Shown here: piece after piece, positions 39,305 to 51,865 of the stretch
How the letters are laid out: every line of letters begins with the position of its first letter
How positions within the stretch are numbered: the first letter of the stretch is position 1
NCBI GenBank assembly: GCA_963823035.1
Contig: CAWGKG010000020.1
Coordinates: forward strand, 128,001 to 192,000
From: an uncultured Gemmatimonadales bacterium
GTDB lineage: Bacteria; Gemmatimonadota; Gemmatimonadetes; Longimicrobiales; Gaopeijiaceae
Direction of reading: 5' to 3'
DNA: 64,000 bases
Position numbers and translations under genes: made by a program
Notes under the pieces: model-generated
What the model saw: only the letters and a program-made list of their open reading frames with translations
Databases searched by the model: none
What the model was told of the DNA's origin: nothing

Positions 39305-41428
39305 CTAACCGGTCGCCATCCCCGGGGTCCGCGACCGCCGCCGCGACAGCCAGTTGGAGACACCTGTCTCCGCGAGCAGCAGCAGGAAACCCGCAACGAG
39401 CAGGTAGCGCCACAGCGACTGACGGCGTTCCTGCTCGACCCGCGCGAGCGCCGCGGCCTCGAAGGTCGGGCCCTCGGCCGGCCCGACCTCGGGTCCCGTG
39501 AGCTGCGCGACCAGCTCCTCCGGATCCATCCGCGCCAGCGCCGACTCCGTGAGGTCCACGTTCACCGCCACCGTGAACGGCCGCTCCGGCTCGCTCCCCG
39601 GAGGCCGGATCACGTAGAACCCCCGGTCCTCGAAGGGGACATAGCGCGGACCGTCGCCCGCGGGAAGCGCGATGCTCGTGCCCGCCGGGGTGAGCGCCAC
39701 CTGGTCCTCACCCTCGGCGAAGCCGGCCGCCTGTGCCGAGACGAGCCCCGCAGCCTCGAGCGCCCGGGGGTCGGCCAGGTCCACCACCTGCCCGGCGGTG
39801 ACCCAGGGGAGCGCGTCGGCGCGACCGCTCAGGTGCTCGATCAGGCGATGCGCGAAGGGGAGGAAGACGGGCTGGAGCGCCAGGTCGTTCCAGAAGGCGT
39901 CCAGCGTCGACGTCCACACCACCACGCTCCCCTCGCCGCGGTCGGCCTCCGCCATGGCCACCGAGCCGTCGTCGAAGCGCGCGAGGATCCTCGCCGAGTC
40001 CGCCGGCGTGAAGGCGCGGGCGCGGAAGAAGCGGGCGCCACTGAAGTCGCCGCTGCGGGGGCCGGCGAAGATCTCGAACACCTCGTGTCCGTATTCGAGG
40101 AACCCGAGCCGGCCGCCGCGACCCTCCTCGCGATCCTGTACCGGGCCCAGCGCACCCGGGAGGAACCCGGCCGCGGACGCGGGCCAGCTCGCGGCCTCCC
40201 CGGCCACGACCAGGAGGCCGCCTCCGCCCTGCACGAAGTCCTCCAGGAGCTGGGCGGACGCGCCGTCGGAGCGCACGTCGTTCAGCACCACCACGCGCGT
40301 GCCCTGGAGGTCGGCGGGGCGCACGCCGTCGCCCCGGCGGAGGCGCACGGCGAAGCGCCCCTCCGCGGAGGTCTCCAGCGCGCGCTCCAGGTAGAGGCTC
40401 GCGTCGCGGCGGGCCCGACCGCCTTCGATGATCGTCACGGGGATCGAGCTGCCCGGCGACAGGACGAAGTAGCGTGCGTCGTCCCCAGGGAGGCCGTCCG
40501 TGGGCACGCGCACCGTCCCGCGCGTGTGCGGGAGGGAGAGCGTGAAGGGTGCGAACGCTACCACCGCCGCTCCGTCGGGCTCGAGGCGCACCGTTCGCTG
40601 CTGGAGCGCCTGACCATCCAGCTCCAGGGAGACCGGGACCTCACGCGGTGCGTCACCACCCTGGCGGGCGACGCGCACGGTCGGGGTGACGCGCTCGCGC
40701 CCGCCCACCGCCTGGCGGAGGAGCGACACCCCGGCCACCTGCACGTTGTCGGGCACCTCCGCCCCCACCGCCACCGGCGTAACGACCGTGCCCGCGGGGA
40801 GGTGGACCCCTTCGTCTCCGGTCCATCCGCTGCGCTGGAAATCCGAGATCAGCACGACCTCGCCGCGGGGCAGCTCGGACTCCTCGAGGATCGTCTGCGC
40901 CACCTTGAGGGCCGGGCCGTAGCGCGTGGTCCCCGAGCCGACGGAGGCGGTGTCGAGGGCGGCCTCGAGGCGGGCCCGGTCCGCGGTGGAGCGGGCCGCC
41001 ACCCGGGGGCTCTGCGCGAAGAGCACCACGCTGGCGCGGTCGAGCGGCCCGAGACCTCCGAAGACCCGCTTCGCCGCGCCCACCACGCTCGCCCACGTGT
41101 CCCCCACACCCATGCTGTACGATTGGTCCACGAGCACCACCACCTCGCGCGGGCCGTCCAGCCCCATCGCGCCCAGCTCGGTGTCGTCCACGAAGGGGCG
41201 CGCGAACGCGACGGCGAGCACGGCCAGCGCGAGCGCGCGCAACGCGAGGAGGAGCCAGTTCTGGATGCGCCGCCGCCGCTGCTCCTGGAAGGGGATCTTC
41301 TGCAGGAACATCAGCGAGGGGAACGCCACGACGTTGCGTCGTTGCTTCCGCGTCAGGTGGACGATGACCGGGATCGCGATCCCGGCCAGTCCCAGCAGGA
41401 AGAGCGGGACGAGGAAGGTCAGGCTCAT
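39305..41428 (-). CDS. BatA N-terminal plus vWA plus GATase-like membrane protein
   Basis: IPVIVHL...FPSLMFL...ARP (BatA), VDQSYSM MIDAS, LISDFQ, FVQGGGGLLV, C-terminal TM. Confidence 0.9.
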   Translation of the reverse strand: MSLTFLVPLFLLGLAGIAIPVIVHLTRKQRRNVVAFPSLMFLQKIPFQEQRRRRIQNWLLLALRALALAVLAVAFARPFVDDTELGAMGLDGPREVVVLVDQSYSMGVGDTWASVVGAAKRVFGGLGPLDRASVVLFAQSPRVAARSTADRARLEAALDTASVGSGTTRYGPALKVAQTILEESELPRGEVVLISDFQRSGWTGDEGVHLPAGTVVTPVAVGAEVPDNVQVAGVSLLRQAVGGRERVTPTVRVARQGGDAPREVPVSLELDGQALQQRTVRLEPDGAAVVAFAPFTLSLPHTRGTVRVPTDGLPGDDARYFVLSPGSSIPVTIIEGGRARRDASLYLERALETSAEGRFAVRLRRGDGVRPADLQGTRVVVLNDVRSDGASAQLLEDFVQGGGGLLVVAGEAASWPASAAGFLPGALGPVQDREEGRGGRLGFLEYGHEVFEIFAGPRSGDFSGARFFRARAFTPADSARILARFDDGSVAMAEADRGEGSVVVWTSTLDAFWNDLALQPVFLPFAHRLIEHLSGRADALPWVTAGQVVDLADPRALEAAGLVSAQAAGFAEGEDQVALTPAGTSIALPAGDGPRYVPFEDRGFYVIRPPGSEPERPFTVAVNVDLTESALARMDPEELVAQLTGPEVGPAEGPTFEAAALARVEQERRQSLWRYLLVAGFLLLLAETGVSNWLSRRRSRTPGMATG

Positions 41429-42345
41429 CGGACCCGGCTCAGCCGCTGGCGGGCGGAGAGATAGCGGAACAGCGCCATGTCGAGCGGCTTCGACGTGTCG
41501 AGGAGCTGGTAGTCGACGCCGCTCGAGGTGAAGCGGTCCTCGAGCGCCCGCAGGTGCGCGCGCAGCAGCTCGAGATACTCCTCGCGCAGCTTGGCGGGGA
41601 TGATCGGGATCTGCTCGCCGGTCTCCATGTCCTCGAAGCCCGAGGCGTCCTGGAAGGGGAACTCCAACTCCGCCGGGTCCAGGACGTGGAAGACGATCAC
41701 GTCGTGCCCCCGCGACCGGAGCGGCACCACGGCCTCCATCACGGCGTCCGGCTCCTCGTAGAAGTCGGAGATCAGGACGAGGATCCCCTTCCGGCTCAGC
41801 CGCTCCGTGATCGTCATCAGCGGCGCGCGCAGCGAGCCCTCACGACCGGCGTCGGCGCGGTCGAGGACGTGCAGCACGGTGTCCATGTGCTTCATCGACG
41901 GCGGCACGTATTCCACGATGTCGTGGTCGAACGTCACCAGCCCCACGCGGTCCCGCTGCCGATTGGAGAAGAAGAGGAGAGCGGCGGCCAGGTAGCGCGC
42001 GTAGTCCAGCTTCGACACCGCGTGGCTTCCGTAGCCCATCGAGCGGGAGACGTCGAGCAGCACGGCGAAGTTCGCGTTGGTCTCCGCCTCGAACAGCTTG
42101 ATGTAGTGGCGGTCCGTGCGCGCGAACAGGCTCCAGTCGATGCGTCGGATGTCGTCGCCCGGCATGTAGGGGCGGTGCTCGGCGAAGTCCAGGCTGAAGC
42201 CCAGGTAGGGCGAGCGGTGCAGCCCGCTCAGGAAGCCGTCGACGACCGTGCGGGCCAGCAGCTCCAGGTTGTCGATCCTGGCCAGGACGGCGGGGTCGAG
42301 GAAGCGGGCTCCCTTGGAGCCTGAGCGGGCGCGGGCGTGGGACAC
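41425..42345 (-). CDS. DUF58 (vWA-like) protein
   Basis: GLHRSPYLGFSLDFAEHRPYMPGDDIRRIDW, LDVSRSM, LISDFY. Confidence 0.93.
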   Translation of the reverse strand: MSHARARSGSKGARFLDPAVLARIDNLELLARTVVDGFLSGLHRSPYLGFSLDFAEHRPYMPGDDIRRIDWSLFARTDRHYIKLFEAETNANFAVLLDVSRSMGYGSHAVSKLDYARYLAAALLFFSNRQRDRVGLVTFDHDIVEYVPPSMKHMDTVLHVLDRADAGREGSLRAPLMTITERLSRKGILVLISDFYEEPDAVMEAVVPLRSRGHDVIVFHVLDPAELEFPFQDASGFEDMETGEQIPIIPAKLREEYLELLRAHLRALEDRFTSSGVDYQLLDTSKPLDMALFRYLSARQRLSRVR

Positions 42346-42349
42346 CGAC

Positions 42350-43384
<1,035 letters not shown>

Positions 43385-43421
43385 GGGTCGTTCTCCCGTG
43401 GGTGGTGGTCTTGCCGCAGGC

Positions 43422-44311
43422 TCAATGCGTCATGCCGTAGATGATGTAGTTCACCCCGAGCTTGTAGGCGTCGTTGGCCAGGTCCACCGGGTAGTAGCCC
43501 TGGTCGCTGAACTCCCAGTACTCGGAGATGTCGTTGTCGTAGTTGATGATCGCCATCAGGCGCTTGGAGCGGTCGTTGTCCTCGAAGACGCCGTACCACA
43601 CGGGGTCCTGCGGCCCGTACGGCGGGATCACCAGGTGCGGGTCGACGCGGAAGAACGAATCGAAGATCTCGTGCGATTCGTCGAGCTGCACGAGCTGCAC
43701 GCCCGGAAGCGCGCGGTTCAACTGGAACTCGAGGTTCTCGAGCGCACGCTGGCCGCGGAAGTCGTCGACGATCAGGAAGCCGCCCTTGAGCAGGTACTCC
43801 CGTAGCCGGGCGACCTCCCCGTCCGTGGGCTCCCACGCGCTCACCTCGATGATGTAGGCGATGGGGTTCTCGAAGAGGTGCGGATCGTCCAGCGGGTAGA
43901 TGTTCGACCCGTCCACCAGCGGGTGGATGAACGTCATCGCGTCGAGGAGCTTGGTGAAGTTCCGCTCCCCGCGCGGGTAGTCGTGTGCCCACGGCGGCCC
44001 GCGACCCTGCACGCTCCGCATGCCGCGTCGTGAGTACTCGTAGCGGATCCGCATGAAGTGGTAGCGGCCGTCGTACGGCGCGTTCAGCCGTTCCCAGTCC
44101 TGCGGCGCGGGGAGGGCGATCGAAGCGGGGGGAGCGTCGTCGCTCTCCGCGGCCGGCACGGCGGACAGCGCCCGCGTCGACGGCGCCTTCGCGGCCGAGC
44201 CCACCTCGGCCCGGCGCCGACGCCGTCGCGCCGGACCGTCGTGACGCCCACCGCCGTCGCACCCACCGCCAGGGCGATCGCCAGGGGCCGAACCAGCCAC
44301 CGCCAGCTCAT
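43422..44311 (-). CDS. DUF4159 protein (frameshift about 44215)
   Basis: N-terminal hydrophobic segment from ATG 44311; WAHDYPRGERNF, LREYLLKGGFLIVDDF, AYKLGVNYIIYGMTH. Confidence 0.85.
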
Positions 44312-46939
44312 GGGGCACCTCCGTTTCCGGCTCGGCGCAGCGCCAGCAGGAGCTCGAGCGCGTCGTCGTACTCGGGGGCGATCTCCAGCGCGCGGAGCAC
44401 CGTGCGGCGCGCTTCGTCGCGGGAGCCGGCGTCCATCTGCGCGACCGCCAGGAGGTAGAGCGCCTCGGCGCGGTCGGGCGGGTCGAGCGCCACCACGGCG
44501 GCGCGCTCGCGCACGGTGCCGAAGCGGTCACCCAGGTCGCTGTCCAGCACGGCCAGCTCGCGGTGCACGTCGACGTCGTACGGGTACACCTGGATCGCCT
44601 GGAGCAGCGCGCCCGCCGACGCGGCCGGGTTTCCGAGCGAGTCCTCCACGGCGGCCAGGGCGAGCAGCGCGTCGTAGTTGGACTCGGACAGCTCCGTCAG
44701 GCGCCCCAGCGCGGCGGCCGCGCGGTCCAACTCGCCCCGCATCCGATGGATGCGCGCGAGGTAGACGTAGGGGCTGTCCGGTCCGCCGTAGTCGGGGAAG
44801 ATCTCCAGCACCTTGCGCAGGTGCGGCTCCGCGTCGTCGTAGCGCTCGTCTCGCACCAGGAGCGCGCCGAGGATCATCTGCGCCACCAGGTCGCCGGGGT
44901 GCGCACGCACATAGTCCGCCATGGCCTCCGCGCCCGCGTCGGGCGACGGCATCTCTCCCACCTTGGCGAGCCCTCGCAGGGGCGAGGCGAAGCGCGTGTG
45001 CAGGTAGTCGTCGAACTCGTCGTCGAACGTCTCGAGCGTGGTGCCGAGGACGGACTCGAAGAGCTCCTCGGTGGTCCGACCCTCGCGGTAGCCGTCGAGC
45101 ATGGTGCGAATGGCGGGGAAGCCGTGCCGGTCCTCGATCAACTGGAAGACCAGCGACGCCTCGTAGTAGGAGAACCCGACCTGCTCGGGATACTCGGGTC
45201 GCATGAAGCCGTCGTTGAGCTCGCTGACCTTCTTCAGCCTCCCGTCGCGCAGCGCCTGCAGGAAGGGGATGCTCGCCTGGTGGCCCCACCCGACCCGCGC
45301 CTTGCGCTGCTCGTGCACGGCGAGCCCCTCGGAGAACCAGCGGGGCACGCGGTTCTCGGAGATCGCCAGGTGGAAGGCGTGGGCCAGCTCGTGCCACAGC
45401 GTCGACGCCCAGTTGTACTCGCCGCGCTCACGCGCCGAGGGGGAGTCCATGACCAGGACGCTCCCGAAGCTGACGCCGAGCGCTCCCAGCCCGGTCTCCC
45501 CGAGCGTGCGCACCGAGAAGTCGGCGTGGCTCGGGTACAGCTCGACGCGCACCGGGAGCGCCGGCTCGGCGCCGTAGCGCCGTGAGAGGGAGTCGTACGC
45601 CTCTTCGGCGAGCGTCGAGACGTAGGGCGCCAGGAGGTCGGCCTCGGTACCGGCGAGGAAGAGGTGGAAGTGCCTCGTCTCCTTCGTCTCGAAACGATCG
45701 AAGGTGTCGAGGAGGTCGAGGCTGTTCTTGAACCAGGGGTTGTACGGGTCTCCGGCGAAGGCGCGCTCCAGGCTCGTGCGCCCCTCCTCGATCCGCCCCG
45801 TGCGCAGCTGGTTCATCCCCAGCAGCCCCCACGCCCGCCAGGAGGTCGAATCGAGCGCCACGGCCGTGGCCGCGCGGTCCACGGCCTCCCCGTAGCGGCG
45901 CACCTGCACCGCGAGCTCCGCGACCGTCGCGTCGAGGTCCGCGTAACGCGGGTTGAGGCGCAGCGCGCGGGCGCGCGCCTCCTGGAAGCCGGCCGTGTCG
46001 TCCGCGAGGAAACGGGCGGCGGCCAGCATCGACAGCGCCTCCAGCGAGGCTGGATCCACCGCGAGGGCGCGCTCAGCCTCGCGGGCGCCGCCCTCGAAGT
46101 CCTCGCGGGAGACGTCGAGGCGGGCGAGGAGCGTGTGCGCGTCGGGGTCGTCCTCGTTGACCTCCAGCGCGGCCCGGATCCGCTCCCCCGCGCCGGCCGT
46201 GCCGTCGAAGTCGAGCGCGCGCGCCATGCCGAGCAGCGCGCGCGGGTCGTTCGGGTTCAAGGCGAGCACCTTCCCGAACTCCTTCTGCGCCGCCGGGCTG
46301 TCGTACTTCTCGAGGAAGAGCGCGCCGGCGAGCAGCGACGGCTCCGTCCATCCCGGGTCCGCCGAGAAGGCCTCGTCGAAGGCGCGCAGCGCGTCCTGGA
46401 AGAGGTCCGGATCCGTGCGTCCGAGTCGGTGCACCGCACGCCCGACCGCCACCAGGTCGCGCGCGGACAGCGTACCGTTCGCCTGGTTGTAGACGTCGAT
46501 GAAGCGGTCGAAGCGCGCCATCGCCTCGTCCACCCGCCCTCGGCGGAAGAGGAGATCGGCGAGGTCGACCTCGGCGGTGAGCCGGTCCTCGCCCGCGGCC
46601 TCGACACCCTGCCGGTAGGCCGCTTCGGCTCCGTCGAGGTCGCCCCGGCGCTCGAGTACCCTCCCGAGCGCGTCCGCCGCCGCCCCGGCGTCGGGCGCTT
46701 CCCGGGCCACCGCGACGGCGTCGTCGTAGCGACCCCTTCACCGTCAGCGCCTCGATCAGCCCGCGGCGCGCCTCGACCGAAGCCGGCTCCGCGCGCACCA
46801 GCGAGCGGTACTCGCGGATCGCCCTGTCGTAGTCGCCCGTGCGCAGCGCGGCCAGGCCCTGGGTCTGGGCCCGCGTCCCCGCCGGGAGGGCGGCGAGGAG
46901 GCAGGCCGTGGCGAGCAGGAGGGTCGGCCGACGGATCAC
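44308..46939 (-). CDS. Secreted TPR protein with central MA-clan zinc peptidase domain (frameshift about 46730)
   Basis: Signal peptide TRA-Q, TPRs, TLWHELAHAFHL...VPRWFSEGLA. Confidence 0.85.
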
Positions 46940-47952
46940 GCGCCTCCTCCCTCCCGGGCCTTGATCTCCCGGTTCTTGAGGGCCAGCTCGACCAGCACCG
47001 CCTCCAGTGCCTCGTCGTACTTCTCCTCGGTCATGGCGTCGCGTGACGCTCGCAGCCCGTCGAGGCGCGTCATGATCTCCCGGCGCTCCTCGTAGAGGCG
47101 CGCGAGCGCGGGGTCGTCGAGCGCGGCCGCGGTCGTGCCCGTGCCGCCCAGGCGGAAGCCCGAAGCCAGGCGGCCGTCGGCGCCCGTCGCGCTTGCGTCC
47201 TGGCTGCCTTCGCCGTCGCCGTTGTCGTCCAGGACGGCGTGCTCCACCAGGATCTCGTTCTCCTCCTCGTAGTGGCGCGCCACCTCGGCGCGGGCGTAGA
47301 GGAAGGCCTCCAGGAGGGAGACGCGTCCGTCCTTGTCCATGTCGGCGCTCGCGCCGGCGAGCGCCTCCACGAAGTAGCCCGGGAACTCCGTCGCGTTGCG
47401 CTCGCGCACGGTACGGGTGGCGCTCACCACGATCCGGTTCGGGCCGGAGAGGGGCGCGATGAAGCCCCCGCCCGAGCTGCCCGTGTGCACGACCGCCACC
47501 GTCTGGGTGGGGAAGGCCGCCAGCGCGGCCGCCAGCTCCTCGGCCGAGAGGTCGGGACCCGGGAGATTGAACTGCCCCTCGTCGCCCTGCGCCGTGCCAT
47601 GTCCGATCAGCACGATGAGGATCTGATCGCGCGGGCCCGAGCGCGCCGCGATCTCCCCGATGGCACGCGTGACGTTCTCCTTCGTGGAGCGGTCCTGCAC
47701 CAGGCCGGGCGCCAGGTCCACCCGCTCCGCGAGGACGGTCACGTGGTCCGCCGGCACGCCGTCCTTCTCCGTGAGCGTGGCGCGCAGCTCCTTCGCCCAG
47801 CCCACGAAGCGCTGGCGATAGGCGTCCGTGCCCCCCAGGCCCACGATCACGAGCGCGTGCGTCTCCTGCGCCCCTGCCGGCGGCGAGACCGCCACCAGGA
47901 GGAGGGACGCGGCGATGCCGCCCCACGGCCGATGCCGGCGGGCGCGCCTCAC
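46936..47952 (-). CDS. Secreted caspase/legumain-fold-like protein
   Basis: Signal peptide AGA-Q; HALVIVGLGG, STKENV, LIVLIGHG, VVSAT, ADMDKDGRVSLLEAF. Confidence 0.7.
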   Translation of the reverse strand: MRRARRHRPWGGIAASLLLVAVSPPAGAQETHALVIVGLGGTDAYRQRFVGWAKELRATLTEKDGVPADHVTVLAERVDLAPGLVQDRSTKENVTRAIGEIAARSGPRDQILIVLIGHGTAQGDEGQFNLPGPDLSAEELAAALAAFPTQTVAVVHTGSSGGGFIAPLSGPNRIVVSATRTVRERNATEFPGYFVEALAGASADMDKDGRVSLLEAFLYARAEVARHYEEENEILVEHAVLDDNGDGEGSQDASATGADGRLASGFRLGGTGTTAAALDDPALARLYEERREIMTRLDGLRASRDAMTEEKYDEALEAVLVELALKNREIKAREGGGA

Positions 47953-50235
47953 GCGAGCCCCCGCATGCGCCGATAGCCCCATTCGGCGCCCATGAGCGTG
48001 AGGATCACCAGGAAGAGGATGGGCATGTCCCACAGGTCGCGCTGCTCGACCAGCGTGACCCCCGCCCCGGTGACCGTGATGTCGTCGGCGAGGGCGCCCA
48101 CGGTGGCCGGTGTGTAGAAGCGCCCCCCCGTCTCGTCCGCGATACGGCGCAGGACGTTCGTGCGCCGACCGGCGCCGAAGAACTCCTCGTCGCTCGGCGC
48201 CACCACCAGGTGGGTCTCGTCGGTACCCAGCACGCGATCGCCGCGCGTCGCCGAGACCTCGATGTCGTACGCGCCCTCCACGGTGGGCACGACGTGCGCG
48301 GCGTAATCGCCGTCGCGCTCCACCGTCCAGTCGGCCGGCACCTCGGTCACGGCACCGGTCGGATCGGTCACCTTCACGGTCACCACCGCGTCGTTGACCT
48401 CGAGGTAGGTCGAGTCGGAGACGTTCGCGCGCAGCTCCACCCGCTCGCCGCGCTCCACCTGCTCGTGGTCGAGCGTGACCGCCACCGCCTCGGGCACGTC
48501 GTCGACCAGCCAGCGCAGCATCTGCCGCCAGAGCGTCTCGTGGCTCTGGTCCTCCAGCGGCACGTCCGCGGACATCTGCCAGAGCCAGGAGTCCTGGATG
48601 GTGAGCGCCAGCGCCTTCCCTCGGCCGTAGCGCTGGTGGGCCAACACCACCTGGGGCGGGTCGAGGCCTTCGCCGGTGCCCTCGAGGAGGACCGTCGCGC
48701 CCGGCCGCGTCTCGGTGACGCGGTTCACGATCGTGACCGGGGGGAGCGCCGCCCAGCGCGTGCGCACGTCCACGCTGTCGTTGCCGAGCTGCATCGCCGC
48801 GTTGGCGGCGCCGGCGGGGGTGGGCGCGACCTTCACCTCCTCGAGGTACCCGTCCGGTGAGGCGGGCGCGTTCGTCAACACGACCGGGAGCACCTCCTCC
48901 ACGGGCGTGCCCGCCCATCCGCCCTCCGCGAAGGAGCTGCGTCCGCCCATCATGAGCAGGCCGCCGCCGCGCTCCGAGACGAAGTCCGCGATCATCTGGA
49001 GCTGGTCGTGCGAGAAGAAGGACGCCTCGACGCCGCCCAGAATGAGCGCCCGGTAGCGGTAGAGCTCGGCGCGCGTCCGCGGGAAGCCGCCCACCAGCTC
49101 CTCGCCGTCGTCCACGTCGATACGCAGGAACTTGCTTTCGGCCGTGCGCTGCAGGATCACGAGCTGCACGTTCTCGTCGTCCCGCACGGCGCGCCGCATG
49201 AACTTCACCTCCCAGCTCGGCTCGCCCGGGAAGTAGAGGATCTTCTCGCGGTCGCCGCGCACCTCGACCTGGACGTCGCGGGCGTTGTTGCGGTCGACGC
49301 GCTCACCCTCCTGCACGGGGATGCGGAAGCGCACCCGGTGCGCGCCCGCGGCGTCGAGCTGGAATCCGATGCGCGCCACCACGGGCTCGCCGTCGGGCCC
49401 GAGCGTCACGTTCTGCTCGGCCAGCAGGCGTGATTCGTCCTCCACGATGAGCGGCACGGTGCGCCGGTCCATCCCCGTCTGCGTGACGACCACGTCGACG
49501 AGCAGCGTGCTCCCCTCCAGCACCGCGCGCGGCAGCTCCACCCGTCCGACCTCGATGTCGGGGGCGAGCGACTCCTCGCCCAGCCCCACGGTGAAGACCG
49601 GCACCCCCGCCGCCTGCAGCGGGACGAGCGACTCGGTGAGGGGCCGGCGCCCGTTGTCCGCGCCGTCCGTGATCATCACGAGCCCGGCGAGCGGGAGGCC
49701 GGAGAGCTCCTCGCGCGCGCCGTCCAGCGCCGTGCCCAGGTCGGTGTGCGTGCCGTCGTAGCGGAGCTCGCCCGGGCCCTCCAGTCGTGTCGCGCGTGAG
49801 GAGAAGCGGAAGAAGCGCAGCGTGAACCGCTCGGAGAGCTGATGCAGGAGGTCGCTCTGCTCGGGGGAGAAGGCGTCCGCCACGAAGGCGCTGCGGGGTC
49901 GGCCGTCCGGCGTCCGCGATGCTCATGCTGCGCGAGTCGTCCACCAGGATGCCGACGAAGTTCTGCTGTGGCACCACGGTCGACAGGATGAGCGACGGCT
50001 GCAGGAGGCAGAACACGAGCACGCCCAGGAGGAGGACGCGCAGCCCTGCCATGACGACCCGGTCCGAGCGCGCGGCGCGCCCGCGGGCGATCGTGTAGGT
50101 GGCCACCGCGGCTGCGCCGAGCAGGCCTCCGGCCACCAGCCACAGGCGCACGGCCGTGGGGCTGGTGAAGGCGAAGTCGCCCTGCTCGAAGACGAGAGGG
50201 CGGTACTTGAACAGGAACTCGAAGAGGCCGCTCAT
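47949..50235 (-). CDS. Membrane protein with vWA, Ig-like and class-I GATase-like domains (frameshift about 49900)
   Basis: 2 N-terminal TMs, LVDDSRSM MIDAS, ITDGADN, FVSERGGGLLMMGG, YGRGKALAL, C-terminal LWD..AEWGYRRMRGLA. Confidence 0.85.
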
Positions 50236-50245
50236 GGAGCCCGGG

Positions 50246-51167
50246 TCAGTGGCTCATGCCGTAGACGATCATGTTGGTGCCCATCTCGTAGGCGTACGTC
50301 GAGAGGGGGAGGGGATACATCGGGTCCTCCGCCCACTCCCACGCGTCGCCCAGGTCGGTGTTCCAGTTGATGATGACCATCAGCTCCCCGTCGTCGTCGA
50401 AGATGCCGAGGACGTGGGGGACGTATCCGTCCTGCTCCCAGGTGTGCCCGTAACCCCGCGTCACCGCCTCCCCGTTCCTCACGTTCGGGACCTGCAGGAT
50501 GGAATCGATCTGGTAATAGGTGGAGAAGAGCGGATGGTCCATGGGCAGCTCGACGATCGGCCGCCCCGGGAGGACCTTGCGGATGTTGTACTCGAACTGT
50601 CGCCACTCGTAGGAGCCCCAGAAGTCGTCGACGACCAGCAGCCCCCCGGCGTTCAGGTAGTCGCGCAGCCCGTGGATCTGCTCGGGGGTCAGGTCCATGT
50701 GCCCGACCTCGACCGCGTAGACCAGGGGGAAGCGGCGCAGCTTCGGGTCGGCCAGGTCGACGGCGTTCTCGAAGTCGTAGGCGTCCAGCGCGGACCAGCC
50801 GCTTCAGCACGACGAGGAACTGCCGGTCGCCCTTGGGGAAGTCGGTGGACCAGGCGTCGAAGCGCCGGCCCCAGCCCCGGCCACCACGCCTCCCGCCGCC
50901 GCCGCTGCTGTAGATCGCGCGCGTCCAGTAGAAGGAGTGGCGCCCGGGAGGCTCGTCGGCGGGCGGGAAGCGGAGCTGCAGGTCCTCGGACTCCGCGCGC
51001 GAAGGCCGCCGGATCCGGGGGAGGGTGTCGCGCGGGATCTGCTGCGCCAGGAGTCCCGCGCCGATGTCCCTCGCCGTCCCGGGCTCGCCCGTGCGATCGC
51101 ACCCCGCGGCGAACGCGGAGACGACGAGGACCGCCAGGGTCGAGCTGGCTCGGGAGGGTAACCGCAT
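50246..51167 (-). CDS. DUF4159 lipoprotein (frameshift about 50790)
   Basis: Lipobox AAGC; WSTDFPKGDRQF, LRDYLNAGGLLVVDDFWG, NTDLGDAWEWAE, MGTNMIVYGMSH. Confidence 0.85.
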
Positions 51168-51359
51168 GGCCTGGTCTGCTGGAGTCGCGCGGGCGGCGGG
51201 TCCCGTTTGCTACTTGGGCCGTAGGGGAAGGTTCCTGGCCCCGGCCGGGTCACCGTCTCTTCTCCTTCGACCCCCGGGCCGCGCTTCGCGTTGAATCCTC
51301 CGACCCGTCGCCACGTAGGTACGGCTGTACTTCTGAACGCGGAGGCGCAGATTCCGAGC

Positions 51360-51764
51360 ATGAGCCGCAAGAAAGGGCAACCCCTGGTGATGGCGTCGCG
51401 CAGCGTCACGCTCCGCGACTTCTTGATCTTCCAGCTCAAGCTGGTGGTGGACGGGGCGAAGGACACCCTGGTGTTCTTCCTGTCCATCGCGGCGATGGCG
51501 CTGGACTTCATCTCCGGTCGGGGTCGCCGGCCGCGGCTGTTCTACTCCGTGATGCGGATGAGCGAGAAGTTCGACCTCTGGCTCAACCTCCACGGAATGG
51601 TGGAGCGGATCGAGCAAGGGGAGGACGAAGACGGGCTCTTCGGCGTGAGCGAGGCGGGGTCCGACTCCCTGGTCGGGCAGATCGAGCAGCTCGTGCGTGG
51701 GGGAGACACCCCGCGGGCTCGGGGAGCGAAGCGGGTGGAGCGGCCGGAGGACGACGCGTCCTGA
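51360..51764 (+). CDS. Hypothetical membrane-associated protein
   Basis: RDFLIFQLKLVVDGAKD, hydrophobic segment, FDLWLNL; GC3-biased codons. Confidence 0.7.
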   Translation: MSRKKGQPLVMASRSVTLRDFLIFQLKLVVDGAKDTLVFFLSIAAMALDFISGRGRRPRLFYSVMRMSEKFDLWLNLHGMVERIEQGEDEDGLFGVSEAGSDSLVGQIEQLVRGGDTPRARGAKRVERPEDDAS

Positions 51765-51865
51765 CGGAGCGCCCTGCGCTCTCGAGTACGTTCGCGCACT
51801 TTCGCGGGCGCGGCTTGCCCTCCAGATTGGCGCCGTTTTGCGTCACTCCCGAGGAGGCACCCCCG

